A stretch of 64,000 nt of DNA. Source: Burkholderiales bacterium (lineage in GTDB: Bacteria > Pseudomonadota > Gammaproteobacteria > Burkholderiales > Burkholderiaceae_F). The DNA is taken from assembly GCA_016716275.1 (NCBI GenBank), contig JADJWR010000002.1:525662-589661 (forward strand), read 5' to 3'. Every line of letters starts with the position of its first letter. Position 1 is the first letter of the stretch. The notes below the pieces were generated by a model, which was not told the origin of the DNA, made no database searches, and worked only from the letters and a program-made list of their open reading frames with translations. The position numbers and the translations under genes are program-made. Shown here piece by piece: positions 33,102 to 42,921 of the stretch.

Positions 33102-34079
33102 TTACGCCTGCTCGAAATGCTGGCGCGGCAGCAGGAAGAACCAGGACGCCAGGACGAACGGCGCGGTCAGCGTCGGGATGCCGAAGGGCGCCACGACCAC
33201 GTTCAGCGCACCCTGGACGACCACGGTGAACACCGTCGCCACCAGCGCGTAGACCGCCACGCGCACGCCGGGCTTGTAGAACACGGCGCCGAGCGCGACC
33301 GCGGTGAGCACCGGGCTGAAGCCCATCAGGCCGCCGGTGATCAGGTCGCTCTCGGCGCCGAGCGCGTGCGCGGTGGCGACCGCGACGACCGCGCCGCCAA
33401 CGGCGAAGGCCGCGGCGGCAGGCGAGTTCACCGCCAGCCCGGCGAGCAGCAGCAGCGCGGCGACGACGCTCGCCTTCAGGAACACCTGGGTGATGCTCTT
33501 CAGGATGCCGACGAAGAAGTCGCCGAGCGCCAGCGGGTTGGCCGCGGCCGGGTCTATCGCGACGACTTCGGCCGCCATCGGCAGGCCGCTGCCCTCGATC
33601 GCCGAAAACGCATAGGTGGCGAGCAGGAACAGCCATGCCGTCAGGACGAACGGCGCGGTGAGCGCGGCAACGCCCCAGCCCTTGAACACGTTGGCGATGC
33701 CGAGGGTGACCGGAACCGTGACGGCGCCGGCCAGCGCGACGTAGATCCACCACATCGGCGAGAGGCCGAGGAAAGTGCCGAACGTGAGCCCGATGAGGTA
33801 GGCGTTGTAGCCGTACAGGCCGGCGGCGAGCCCGGCCGCGTCGACGCGCAGCCACTGCGCCGTGAGCGTCCCGACGATGACCGCCACCAGGCCGCCGATC
33901 GCCACCTGCGGCATGCCGGAGACGAATGAACCCCAGCCGATGGCGATGAAGAAGAGCAGCCCCGACAGCGGGTTGTCCTGGAACATCACCTGCCCGATGC
34001 CGCGCAGGTTGTAGTCGACGAAGCGCAGGATCGCCGAGCCCTTGCACAGGCCCTCCCACCACGACAGCAGTCCCTTCAT
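33102..34079 (-). CDS. Urea transporter (UT/Yut family channel)
   Basis: MKGLLSWWEGLCKGSAILRFVDYNLRGIGQVMFQDNPLSGLLFFIAI... It shows an internal two-fold repeat (LYGYNAYL and LMGFSPVLTAVAL). GGGAGG lies upstream. It is the last gene of the urease cluster. Confidence 0.85.
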   Translation of the reverse strand: MKGLLSWWEGLCKGSAILRFVDYNLRGIGQVMFQDNPLSGLLFFIAIGWGSFVSGMPQVAIGGLVAVIVGTLTAQWLRVDAAGLAAGLYGYNAYLIGLTFGTFLGLSPMWWIYVALAGAVTVPVTLGIANVFKGWGVAALTAPFVLTAWLFLLATYAFSAIEGSGLPMAAEVVAIDPAAANPLALGDFFVGILKSITQVFLKASVVAALLLLAGLAVNSPAAAAFAVGGAVVAVATAHALGAESDLITGGLMGFSPVLTAVALGAVFYKPGVRVAVYALVATVFTVVVQGALNVVVAPFGIPTLTAPFVLASWFFLLPRQHFEQA

Positions 34080-34093
34080 CGTCGCCTCCCGCT

Positions 34094-35056
34094 TCAGCGC
34101 CAGAAGAAGGGCGGCGGAATCGCCGCCCCGGTGACTTCCTCGCGCGCGATGCCCCAGAACTCGCGCACCTTGGCCCTGACCTGCGCCGTCTCGCGGCCGA
34201 GCACCTTGAAGATCAGCCCGGCGTCGTTCGGCAGGCTGCACGCACCGAAGGCCACGCCGTTGGCCGCATCGACGTCGGCGTCGAGCCGTGCATGGATGCG
34301 GTCGGCCGCGTCCTTCGGCGTCAGCAGGACGACGTTGCCGAAGACATCGAACGAATCCATCACGCCGGTCTGGCGCAGCGGCCGCCGCGCCGGATCGATC
34401 AGCAGCTTCTCGGTGAACAGGGTCCGCCCGCCGGGCCGCTCGGCGCCGACCGCCAGCGACAGCAGCGTGGCGCCGAAGCACTCGTCGGGGTGATGGTGCT
34501 TGCGCCCAGGCTGGACGATCTCGGCGTACAGCAGCGTCGCGGTCGGCGCGATCGTGATCCGCGTGTCGGACAGGAAGCGGGCGCGCCGGTGCGGGATCAG
34601 CGGCTCGGGCAGGAACTCGAGGTAGGCGCCGTCGGCGAGCGCGATCGACTGCGTCTGCACCGCGAAGTTGGCGTCCATCGAGTGCACCTTGGTTGCCGAC
34701 TGGGTGGTCAGGTGCGCCCGCGCACCCGGCGCCAGCGCCACGTCGAGCGCCAGCCGGTCGCCCTGCAGCACGCAACCGGAGGTGGTGATCATGAACAGCC
34801 AGGCGAGATCCGGCATCGCCGGGTCGGGGTACAGGGCGCGCTGCGCCATGTAAGGCGCGCGCCGATCGAGCTCGGCGAGGATCGTCGCGTCGTCCCGCCG
34901 CTCGAAGCCGAGGCGCAGGAAGCCCGTCTTGCCGACGGCGCCGCTGGCCATCTGCGGCGGCTCGTCCTGGAACGCCGCCAGCTCGGCGGCTGTCTGCCCG
35001 AGCGACTCGGCTGCCGCCCACGGTGCGAAGGCGGCTGCGTGCTCGGTGACGCCCAT
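34094..35056 (-). CDS. ureD: Urease accessory protein UreD
   Basis: 320-aa ORF with a UreD/UreH-like sequence (FLRLGFERRDDATILAEL..., TTQSATKVH). Its start abuts the ureG stop. Confidence 0.88.
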   Translation of the reverse strand: MGVTEHAAAFAPWAAAESLGQTAAELAAFQDEPPQMASGAVGKTGFLRLGFERRDDATILAELDRRAPYMAQRALYPDPAMPDLAWLFMITTSGCVLQGDRLALDVALAPGARAHLTTQSATKVHSMDANFAVQTQSIALADGAYLEFLPEPLIPHRRARFLSDTRITIAPTATLLYAEIVQPGRKHHHPDECFGATLLSLAVGAERPGGRTLFTEKLLIDPARRPLRQTGVMDSFDVFGNVVLLTPKDAADRIHARLDADVDAANGVAFGACSLPNDAGLIFKVLGRETAQVRAKVREFWGIAREEVTGAAIPPPFFWR

Positions 35057-35701
35057 TCAAGCGGGCTGCCGGGCCGGCAGCCTGATGTCGAACAGCAGGT
35101 CGCTGCGGATCAGCTCGACCAGCCGCGGGATGCCTTCGCCGGTCTTGCAGTTGGTGAAGATGAACGGCTTGTCGCCGCGCATCGCCTTCGAGTCGCGCTC
35201 CATCACCTCGAGGCTGGCGCCGACGTACGGCGCCAGGTCGGTCTTGTTGATGACCAGAATGTCCGACTGCGTGATGCCGGGGCCGTTCTTGCGCGGGATC
35301 TTGTCGCCGGCGGCCACGTCGATCACGTAGATGAAGAAGTCGACCAGCGCCGGCGAGAAGGTGAGCGTCAGGTTGTCGCCGCCGCTCTCGATCAGCACCA
35401 CGTCGCCGTCGGGGAAGCGCGCCTCCATGTCCTCCACCGCAGCGAGGTTCATGCTCGGGTCCTCGCGCACCGCGGTGTGCGGGCAGGCGCCGGTCTCCAC
35501 ACCGAGGATGCGCTCCTCGAGCAGGATGCCCTTCAGCGTCCGCTGCACGTGCTTGGCGTCCTCGGTCGTCACCACGTCGTTGGTGATGATCAGCACCTTG
35601 ATGCCCATTTCCAGCAGGCGCGGCGTGATCGCCTCGACGATCGCCGTCTTGCCCGAGCCGACCGGCCCGCCTACCCCGATGCGCGTGATCTTCTTCGCCA
35701 A
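35057..35701 (-). CDS. ureG: Urease accessory GTPase UreG
   Basis: P-loop GGPVGSGKT, metal-binding CPH motif ([13 protein letters not shown]), ESGGDNL, NKTDL. Confidence 0.95.
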   Translation of the reverse strand: MAKKITRIGVGGPVGSGKTAIVEAITPRLLEMGIKVLIITNDVVTTEDAKHVQRTLKGILLEERILGVETGACPHTAVREDPSMNLAAVEDMEARFPDGDVVLIESGGDNLTLTFSPALVDFFIYVIDVAAGDKIPRKNGPGITQSDILVINKTDLAPYVGASLEVMERDSKAMRGDKPFIFTNCKTGEGIPRLVELIRSDLLFDIRLPARQPA

Positions 35702-35714
35702 GGCTGTAACTCCC

Positions 35715-36434
35715 TCAGTTCATGAACAGGCGCACGTGCGCCTTGACGTGCACCGCCGCGAGGACCTCGGCGAGCGGCGCGAAGCCGGCCATGTCTGCCA
35801 GCCGCGTCGCGGCCGCAGCCTCGTAGGCGGCGTCGGCGCCGGCGTCGAGACGGTAGAGGATCCGCTGCGTGTCGACGTGACTGACCTTCATCAGCCGCAG
35901 CGCCGCGGAGAGGATCATCGAGGCGACGCCGTACTGGTGGACGACGAACGCGTCGCGGGCCGTCAGGCCCTGCGCGGCGAAGTTGACCGCCAGCGACACC
36001 GGGTAGCAGCCGGGCGTGTCGCCGGCCTCGATTGTCTCCCGCCAGGTCGCCAGCAGCGGCGCACCGATCACCTCGGCGCCCATTTCCGCGAACTTCTTGC
36101 CCATCCGCACCGTCATCGTGCGCGTCTCGCCGGAGAGCTTGCGGGCGTACACGCATTGGTCGATGCGCACGAGCTCGGCCAGCTCGCCCGCCGCCGCGGC
36201 GCGATGCGCCCAGAAGAGGGCGACGCCGTCGCCCATCGCCGCCTGCTCGACCGCGGTGCGCGTGTACGCGTGCAGCGTTGCCGCGTCGGTCACCACCCGT
36301 TTCTGGATCGCCGACTCGAGACCGCCCGAGAAGGCGAATCCGCCGACCGGGAACACCGAATCGCCGAACTGCAGCGCGCGGGCGAGCGGCGAGCCGCCGG
36401 CCGGCAACGCCGCGCCGCTCTCGGTCTTCGTCAT
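35715..36434 (-). CDS. ureF: Urease accessory protein UreF
   Basis: ATG at complement of 36432-36434 overlaps the ureE stop (ATGA). [26 protein letters not shown] is a typical UreF N-terminus. The rest of the 1095-aa track ORF is spurious. Confidence 0.9.
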   Translation of the reverse strand: MTKTESGAALPAGGSPLARALQFGDSVFPVGGFAFSGGLESAIQKRVVTDAATLHAYTRTAVEQAAMGDGVALFWAHRAAAAGELAELVRIDQCVYARKLSGETRTMTVRMGKKFAEMGAEVIGAPLLATWRETIEAGDTPGCYPVSLAVNFAAQGLTARDAFVVHQYGVASMILSAALRLMKVSHVDTQRILYRLDAGADAAYEAAAATRLADMAGFAPLAEVLAAVHVKAHVRLFMN

Positions 36435-37186
36435 CGCTCGTGCTTCGCGAGGTCGGCAGCGGCGCCGGCGTGCGGATGGGAATGCGGATGCGGGTGGGAA
36501 TGCGCGTGCGAGTGGCCGTGCGAATCCGGGTGTTCGTGCGGATGCGAATGCGAGTGTGCGTGCGAATGCGCGTGCGCCGTCGGCGGCCGCGCGTAGGTCT
36601 GGCCGGTCTCGCCGTCGACCGCGGCGTACTGCTCGTGCGTGTGCGAGTGCACCGGGCCTTCGGCGCCGCCGAACAGCCGGCGCGACTCGTGCGGCGCCAG
36701 GTAAGGCACGATCTCGCCGCCCGGCACGAACTCGTAGCCGATCCCCTCGAAGCGATGGGTGTTCATCACCGAGCTCATCACCTTGCGGTCGACGGTGAGC
36801 GGCACGTACACGCGGCTGCCCTTGACCAGCGCCGGCCAGTGCTGGTTGCCCAGCGCATGGCCGAGCTCGACGCAGGTGCGCATGGCGAGCTCGGGCGAAG
36901 ACGTGGCCATGCCGTCCAGGTGGATGATCATCACGTCGCGCAGGCTGATCCGCGCGACCACCGCGCGTGCCGCGGCCGCCTCCCAGAGGAGCACGTCGCC
37001 GTCGCGCATGAAGGTGCCGCGGTCGAGCGACACCGCGAGCTCGACGCCGCCGGCCGACCGCTTGCGGAAGCGGTTCTTCTGCGCCTCCCAGTGGTCGAGT
37101 TCGAGCGGATCGACGGCGGCGCCGGCGAGGCGCTCGGCCCACGGCGGGTCGGCGATGTTGCCAAGCACGGTTTCGACGAGGATCAC
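36431..37186 (-). CDS. ureE: Urease metallochaperone UreE with a long alternating His tail
   Basis: GTG start. UreE core (LELDHWEAQKNRFRKRSAGGVELAVSL..., GHALGNQHWPA). C-terminal tail AHAHSHAHSHSHPHEHPDSHGHSHAHSHPHPHSHPH. Confidence 0.9.
   Translation of the reverse strand: MILVETVLGNIADPPWAERLAGAAVDPLELDHWEAQKNRFRKRSAGGVELAVSLDRGTFMRDGDVLLWEAAAARAVVARISLRDVMIIHLDGMATSSPELAMRTCVELGHALGNQHWPALVKGSRVYVPLTVDRKVMSSVMNTHRFEGIGYEFVPGGEIVPYLAPHESRRLFGGAEGPVHSHTHEQYAAVDGETGQTYARPPTAHAHSHAHSHSHPHEHPDSHGHSHAHSHPHPHSHPHAGAAADLAKHER
36470..36577 (-). repeat. Low-complexity coding repeat encoding the (H-x)n tail of UreE
   Basis: The plus strand reads GTGCGGATGGGAATGCGGATGCGGGTGGGAATGCGCGTGCGAGTGG...GTGCGAATGCG. 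These are imperfect 6-12-nt repeats. Confidence 0.85.
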
Positions 37187-37198
37187 GAATCCTGCCCT

Positions 37199-38920
37199 TC
37201 AGCTGAAGAAGTACTTCTGGTTGAGCGAGACCGTCTTCAGCGGTGCCACCGTGGCGTGCTTGCCGTCGACCGTGACTGCGAAGGTCTCCGGGCTCACCTC
37301 GATCTTCGGCGTGCCGCTGTTCCGCACCATGTCGCGCTTGCCGATCTTGCGGGTGTTGCGGATCGCCATGACCTGGCGGTCGAGACCCAGCTTCTTCTTG
37401 ATTCCCGCCGCCTGCGCCGCCCGCGAGACGAAGGTGATGCAGGTGTCGGGCAGCGTCTTGCCGAACTGCCCGAACATCGGCCGGTAGTACACCGGCTGCG
37501 GCGTCGGCAGCGACGCGTTCGGGTCGCCCATCACGCCCCAGCTGATGACACCGCCTTTCAGCACGAGCTTCGGCTTGGCGCCGAAGAACGCCGGTTCCCA
37601 CAGCACCAGGTCGGCGATCTTGCCGACCTCGACCGAGCCGAGCACGTGCGAGATGCCGTGCGTGATCGCCGGGTTGATGGTGATCTTGGCGACGTAGCGC
37701 AGCACGCGGAAGTTGTCGTTGCCCTTGGCGTCCTCGGGCAGCTTGCCGCGCCCGGTCTTCATCGCGTCGGCGGTCTGGATGGTGCGCAGCCAGCATTCGC
37801 CGATCCGGCCCATCGCCTGCGAATCGCTCGACATCATCGAGATCACGCCGAGGTCGTGCAGCACGTTCTCGGCGGCGATCGTCTCGGCGCGGATGCGGCT
37901 CTCGGTGAACGCCACGTCCGACGGGATGTCGGGGCTCAGGTGGTGGCAGACCATGATCATGTCGTACAGCTCGGCCTGCGAGTTGATGCCGAAGGGCAGC
38001 GTCGGATTGGTCGACGACGGCAGCACGTTCGGCAGGCCGGAGATCCTGATGATGTCCGGCGCGTGGCCGCCGCCCGAGCCCTCGGTGTGGAACGAGTGGA
38101 CCGCGCGGCCCTCGAACGCGTCGATGGTGTCCTCGACGAAGCCTGACTCGTTCAGCGTGTCGGTGTGGATGCACACCTGCACGTCCATCTCGTCGGCGAC
38201 CGTCAGCGCCGAGCGCAGCACCGCCGGCGTGGTGCCCCAGTCCTCGTGGCACTTGAAGCCGACCGCACCGGCCTCGACCTGCTCGACCAGCGCCGCCTTG
38301 CCGTGCCCGTGGCCCTTGCCGAGGATGCCGACGTTGATCGGCCAGTTCTCGAAGGCGCGCAGCATCATGCGGATGTTGCCCGGCCCGGGGGTGACGGTGG
38401 TCGCGTTGGAGCCGTCCGACGGGCCGGTGCCGCCGCCGATGAGCGTGGTGGTGCCGTTGGACAGCGCCGCGTACGCCTGCTGCGGCGAGATGTAGTGGAT
38501 GTGCGTGTCGATGCCGGCGGCGGTCAGGATCAGGTGGCTGCCCGAGATCGCGTCGGTGGCCAGCCCGCATTCGAGCCCCGGCGTGATCCCGTCCATCACC
38601 TGCGGGTTGCCGGCCTTGCCGATGGCGCAGATGCGGCCGTCCTTGATGCCGACGTCGGCCTTCACCACGCCGAGCACCGCGTCGATGATCGTCACGTTGG
38701 TGATCACCAGGTCCGGCGCGCCGCCGGTGCGGGTGATCCGGTTGTCCATGCCCATGCCTTCGCGCAGGCTCTTGCCGCCGCCGAAGACGATCTCGTCGCC
38801 GGGCGCGCCGCGCAGGTCGCGCTCGATCTCGACGTACAGGCCCGTGTCGCCGAGGCGGATGCGGTCGCCGACGGTGGGGCCGAACAGGCCGACGTACTCG
38901 TTGCGTGAAATGGTTGCCAT
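37199..38920 (-). CDS. ureC: Urease alpha subunit
   Basis: [28 protein letters not shown]..., active-site motifs [30 protein letters not shown]. 573 aa from ATG at complement of 38918-38920. Confidence 0.97.
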   Translation of the reverse strand: MATISRNEYVGLFGPTVGDRIRLGDTGLYVEIERDLRGAPGDEIVFGGGKSLREGMGMDNRITRTGGAPDLVITNVTIIDAVLGVVKADVGIKDGRICAIGKAGNPQVMDGITPGLECGLATDAISGSHLILTAAGIDTHIHYISPQQAYAALSNGTTTLIGGGTGPSDGSNATTVTPGPGNIRMMLRAFENWPINVGILGKGHGHGKAALVEQVEAGAVGFKCHEDWGTTPAVLRSALTVADEMDVQVCIHTDTLNESGFVEDTIDAFEGRAVHSFHTEGSGGGHAPDIIRISGLPNVLPSSTNPTLPFGINSQAELYDMIMVCHHLSPDIPSDVAFTESRIRAETIAAENVLHDLGVISMMSSDSQAMGRIGECWLRTIQTADAMKTGRGKLPEDAKGNDNFRVLRYVAKITINPAITHGISHVLGSVEVGKIADLVLWEPAFFGAKPKLVLKGGVISWGVMGDPNASLPTPQPVYYRPMFGQFGKTLPDTCITFVSRAAQAAGIKKKLGLDRQVMAIRNTRKIGKRDMVRNSGTPKIEVSPETFAVTVDGKHATVAPLKTVSLNQKYFFS

Positions 38921-38949
38921 CGGGGTCCTCTCGTGAAGGGGGCTGCGGC

Positions 38950-39402
38950 TCAGCGCTTCTTCGCCGGCGGCGAACGGAAGCCGCGCTTGGCGGCCGATGC
39001 AATCGCCTTGCTCTTGCGCGCCTCGGCGGTCTTGCCGGCGGTGGCGCCGTCGACCAGGTTGTTGAAGCCGTAGACGGCGCGCTTGCCGAGGTAGGGCACC
39101 AGGGCCACCTCGCGCTCGTCGCCGGGCTCGAAGCGGATCGCGGTGGAGGCCGGGATGTTCAGGTGCTGCCCGAAGGCGGCGGCGCGGTCGAACTCGAGCG
39201 CCCGGTTGACCTCGAAGAAGTGGAAGTGCGAGCCGACCTGCACCGGTCGGTCGCCGGTGTTGCGCACCTTCAGTGCCGTGACCGGCAACTCGCCGTGAAA
39301 CGAAACGGCCTCCTTGCGGCAAACGTAGCCGCCGACCGGCACCTTGGCGGTCGCCGGATCGACGTCGGGGGCGAGGCTTGGGTAACTCTTCGGGGCTGCC
39401 AT
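38950..39402 (-). CDS. ureB: Urease beta subunit with N- and C-terminal extensions
   Basis: The core is VPVGGYV...[30 protein letters not shown]...YGFNNLVDG. It is preceded by about 20 extra residues and followed by a basic tail of about 30 residues ([21 protein letters not shown]). Confidence 0.9.
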   Translation of the reverse strand: MAAPKSYPSLAPDVDPATAKVPVGGYVCRKEAVSFHGELPVTALKVRNTGDRPVQVGSHFHFFEVNRALEFDRAAAFGQHLNIPASTAIRFEPGDEREVALVPYLGKRAVYGFNNLVDGATAGKTAEARKSKAIASAAKRGFRSPPAKKR

Positions 39403-39424
39403 GGCTACGCTCCTGTCGCTGGGG

Positions 39425-39727
39425 TCACTGGATCGGCGTGTGCACGGTGACGAGGCGGCTGCCGTCGGTGAACACCGCCTCGATCTGCACCATCGGGATG
39501 AGATCGGCCACGCCGTCCATCACGTCGGCCTTGCTGAGCGCGGTGCGCGCTTCCTTGGTCACTTCCTCGATCGTCTTGCCGGCACGCGCACCGTCGAGGG
39601 CGGCGGCGGAGATGACGGCGACCGCTTCCGGGTAGTTGAGCTTGATGCCCTTCGCCTTGCGCTTCAGCGCGACCTCGGCCAGCATGTAGACGAGCAGCTT
39701 GTCGAACTCCCTGGGCGTGAGTTGCAT
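39425..39727 (-). CDS. ureA: Urease gamma subunit
   Basis: [40 protein letters not shown]...VTVHTPI; canonical 100-aa UreA. Confidence 0.95.
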   Translation of the reverse strand: MQLTPREFDKLLVYMLAEVALKRKAKGIKLNYPEAVAVISAAALDGARAGKTIEEVTKEARTALSKADVMDGVADLIPMVQIEAVFTDGSRLVTVHTPIQ

Positions 39728-39836
39728 GAGAATCCCCCCCTGTTCCTGGCCGTCAGCCGACTGAGCGCGTCAACGTACCGGAGTCGCTTCAACCGCGTCA
39801 ATAGCGGATGAATTGTTCTTATCGCCGCATGAAAAT

Positions 39837-41168
39837 ATGACCGAAGAGGCAGCGCAGCCGCGATCGAATCCGGCGCCGGTGTCGGACCGGACGGTTCTGC
39901 TCATCGTCGCTGCCTATGCTGCGGCGTTCATCGCGTTCGGCCTCGCGGTGGACGGTCCGGCCGAAGTCGCGCGCGGCCTGGCGGCGATCGTGATCTCGCG
40001 CGACACGCTGCTCACCGACTACTTCGGCATCGGCGGGATCGGCGCCGGTTGCGTCAACGCCGGCCTGCTGACGCTCTGCGCGTGCTTCGTCTACCACCGC
40101 GCCGGCGCGAAGATGACCGGCTCGGCGGTCGCCTGCCTCTTTCTGGTGCTCGGCTTCGCGCTGTTCGGCAAGAACCTGCTGAACATCTGGCCGATCGTGA
40201 TCGGCGTGGCGCTCTACGCGCGCTTCAGGGGCGAGGCGTTCTCGACCCACATCAACACCGCGTTCTTCGGCGTGGCGCTGGCGCCGATCTTCTCCGAGAT
40301 CCTGTTCAGCGGCAGCCTGGCGCCGGCGGTCAGCGTGCCGCTGGCGATCGGCACCGGGCTGGCCATCGGTTTCGTGCTTGCGCCCGCCGCGGCGCAGCTG
40401 TTCAAGGCGCACATGGGACACAGCCTGTACAACATGGGTTTCACCGCCGGCCTGGTCGGCACCCTGGTCGTCGCGCTTTACAAGTCATACGGTTTCGTGC
40501 CGAACCCGGTGTTCGTCTGGACGACCGGCAACAACGTGCTGCTCGGCACCTTCCTCGGCCTGCTGTTCGCCTCGATGGTCGCGATCGGTTTCTGGTTCGA
40601 CCGGCGCGTTCCTGCCGGGCTGAAGAAGGTGATCGCGGCGAGCGGCCAGTCGCCCACCGACTTCATCGCGCTGGCGGGCATCGGCCCGACGCTCGCCAAC
40701 ATGGGCATCTGCGGCGCGATCGGCATGGCCTACATCGTCGCCGTCGGCGGCGAACTGAACGGCCCGGTGATCGGTGCGATCTTCACGATCGTCGGCTTCG
40801 CGGCGTTCGGCAAGCATCCGCGCAACATCGTGCCGATCATGCTCGGCGTGTTCCTCGGCTCGCTGGCGAAGCCGTGGAATATCGACGATCCGTCGATCCT
40901 GCTGGCGGCGCTGTTCGGCACCACGCTGGCGCCGATCGCCGGCCGCTTCGGCTGGCACTGGGGCGTGGTGGCCGGCTTCATCCACTCGTCGGCGGCGCTG
41001 ACGGTCGGCCCGGTGCACGCCGGCCTGAACCTGTACAACAACGGCTTCGCCGCCGGCATCGTCGCCTCGGTGCTGGTGCCGGTGATCATCGCCATCCAGA
41101 CGCGGACGAAACCGGTGGCCGCGGCACAGGAGCCCCTGGACACGGCTGCCGCCAGAGGGGAGAAGTAG
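39837..41168 (+). CDS. Polytopic membrane protein with an internal tandem duplication (resembles the DUF1576 family)
   Basis: 443 aa from ATG 39837; the track start is TTG 39813. The halves align, for example GAGCVNAGLLTL...LVLGFALFGKNLLNIWPIVIGVALYA against GPTLANMGICGA...TIVGFAAFGKHPRNIVPIMLGVFLGS. It is divergent from ureA. Confidence 0.75.
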   Translation: MTEEAAQPRSNPAPVSDRTVLLIVAAYAAAFIAFGLAVDGPAEVARGLAAIVISRDTLLTDYFGIGGIGAGCVNAGLLTLCACFVYHRAGAKMTGSAVACLFLVLGFALFGKNLLNIWPIVIGVALYARFRGEAFSTHINTAFFGVALAPIFSEILFSGSLAPAVSVPLAIGTGLAIGFVLAPAAAQLFKAHMGHSLYNMGFTAGLVGTLVVALYKSYGFVPNPVFVWTTGNNVLLGTFLGLLFASMVAIGFWFDRRVPAGLKKVIAASGQSPTDFIALAGIGPTLANMGICGAIGMAYIVAVGGELNGPVIGAIFTIVGFAAFGKHPRNIVPIMLGVFLGSLAKPWNIDDPSILLAALFGTTLAPIAGRFGWHWGVVAGFIHSSAALTVGPVHAGLNLYNNGFAAGIVASVLVPVIIAIQTRTKPVAAAQEPLDTAAARGEK

Positions 41169-41324
41169 CGCCCGGGCGGGGCGCCGCCGCGCCGCAGGCG
41201 GCGCGCGATCGGCGGTCGCAGCGACCACCACCCGTCCACGACGCGTGCCGGCACCGCGGCACCTCGCCGAGGTACATTCCGCCGGCGCGCCTGCCGCAGG
41301 CGCAGACACGGGGTGCTCGAGCCG

Positions 41325-42905
41325 ATGACCGATACCGCCAGGAAGATCCTCACGCGGCTGCTGATTGCAGTCCTGCTGCTCGCCGTGGTCGGGCTCGGCA
41401 TCCGCACCTACCGCACGATGCAGGGCCCGCCGCTGCAGCCCTGGCACACCTTCGTGCCGGCCGAACTGCGCGCCGCCGAGCTCGACCAGGCCGACTGGCC
41501 CGCCTACCTGGCGCGCGAGCAGGCGATCTTCGACAGCGTGCGCACCGAGGTCACGCAGGTGCTGGAGCCGGAAGCACGGCTGCCGTACAACCGCTATTTC
41601 GAGGGCAGTCCGGTTTACCCGCCGCGCTTCGCGCACGACTGGAACCGGACCTACGTGATGGTGCCGGCTGCGACGCCGACCGGCGTGGTGGTGCTGCTGC
41701 ACGGGCTCACCGACTCGCCGTACAGCCTGCGGCACGTCGCGCGACGCTATGCCGAACGCGGCTTCGTGGCGATCGGCCTGCGCGTTCCCGGCCATGGAAC
41801 GGTGCCGGCCGGGCTCACCGACGCGCGCTGGGAAGACTGGATGGCGGCGACGCGGCTCGCCGTGCGCGAAGCGCGCCGGCGCGTGCCGGCGCCGGCGCCG
41901 CTGCACCTGGTGGGTTTCTCGAACGGCGGCGCGCTGGCGGTCAAGCACGCGCTCGACGCGATCGAGGATCCGACGCTGCCGCGCGCCGACCGGCTGGTGC
42001 TGTTCACGCCGATGATCGGCATCACCCGCTTTGCCCGCTTCGCCGGGCTGGCCGGCCTGCCGGCGCTGCTGCCGCCGTTCGCCGGCGCGGCCTGGCTGAG
42101 CAACCTGCCGGAGTTCAATCCGTTCAAGTACAACTCGTTTCCGGTCAACGGCGCACGGCAGTCGTACCGGCTGACCGATGCGCTGCAGGCGCAGATCCAG
42201 CGGCTGGCGCGTGCCGGCCAGCTCGCCACGATGCCGCCGGTGCTGACCTTCCAGTCGGTGATCGACTTCACTGTCAGCACGCCGGCGATCCTCACCGCGC
42301 TGTATGCGTTCCTGCCCGACAACGGCAGCGAGATCGTGCTGTTCGACGTCAATCGCACGGTGAAATTCGGGCCGCTGCTGCGGCCGTCCGCCTACACGGC
42401 GCTCGAGCGGCTGACGCCGACGACGCCGCAGGCGTATCGCTTCACGGCGATCGTCAACGCCAGCGAGGACAGCGAGGCGACGGTCGAAAGGAGCATCCCG
42501 CCGGGGTTGCTGGAGCCGCTGGTGCGGCCGCTCGAGCTGCCGTATCCGGCCGGCATCTTCTCGCTGTCGCACCTGGCGATTCCGATTCCGCCGGACGACC
42601 CGCTGTACGGCACGCGACCGGATCCGGGGTCGCGCAGCGAGTTCGGCCTGAACCTGGGCGCGCTCGATGCGCGCGGCGAGCGCGGCGCGCTGATCGTCGA
42701 CCAGGACTTCCTCACGCGGCTGCCTTCGAACCCGTTCTTTCCCTACCTGATGGCGCGGGTCGAGGACGGCATCGACCGCCCCGCCACGGGCAGCGGCCGC
42801 AATATCGCCACCGCGCCGCCGACCGGGTTGCCGGTGCGGCTGGAGGCGTTGCTGTCGACCTTCGCGCCGGACGACACCGAGGCGCAGCGGTTCGCCGGCC
42901 CGTGA
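41325..42905 (+). CDS. Membrane-anchored alpha/beta-hydrolase-fold protein
   Basis: N-terminal TM (ILTRLLIAVLLLAVVGLGI), VVVLLHGLTDSPYS, and nucleophile elbow LVGFSNGGALA (G-x-S-x-G). 526 aa from ATG 41325; GTG 41313 is also possible. Confidence 0.75.
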   Translation: MTDTARKILTRLLIAVLLLAVVGLGIRTYRTMQGPPLQPWHTFVPAELRAAELDQADWPAYLAREQAIFDSVRTEVTQVLEPEARLPYNRYFEGSPVYPPRFAHDWNRTYVMVPAATPTGVVVLLHGLTDSPYSLRHVARRYAERGFVAIGLRVPGHGTVPAGLTDARWEDWMAATRLAVREARRRVPAPAPLHLVGFSNGGALAVKHALDAIEDPTLPRADRLVLFTPMIGITRFARFAGLAGLPALLPPFAGAAWLSNLPEFNPFKYNSFPVNGARQSYRLTDALQAQIQRLARAGQLATMPPVLTFQSVIDFTVSTPAILTALYAFLPDNGSEIVLFDVNRTVKFGPLLRPSAYTALERLTPTTPQAYRFTAIVNASEDSEATVERSIPPGLLEPLVRPLELPYPAGIFSLSHLAIPIPPDDPLYGTRPDPGSRSEFGLNLGALDARGERGALIVDQDFLTRLPSNPFFPYLMARVEDGIDRPATGSGRNIATAPPTGLPVRLEALLSTFAPDDTEAQRFAGP

Positions 42906-42921
42906 ACGGGCCGGTATCGCC

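Noticed and set aside
33074-33103. Hairpin AAGGCGC-N16-GCGCCTT between the convergent CaCA and urea-transporter genes as a bidirectional terminator.
   Set aside because: The stem is only 7 bp with a 16-nt loop, and no U-tract follows on either strand. This is too weak to call.
35715-39002. Single 1095-aa minus-strand ORF spanning ureF to ureC.
   Set aside because: Only the last 239 codons (from ATG 36434) look like a protein (UreF). The upstream part overlaps ureE and ureC in other frames and is Arg/Gly-rich noise.
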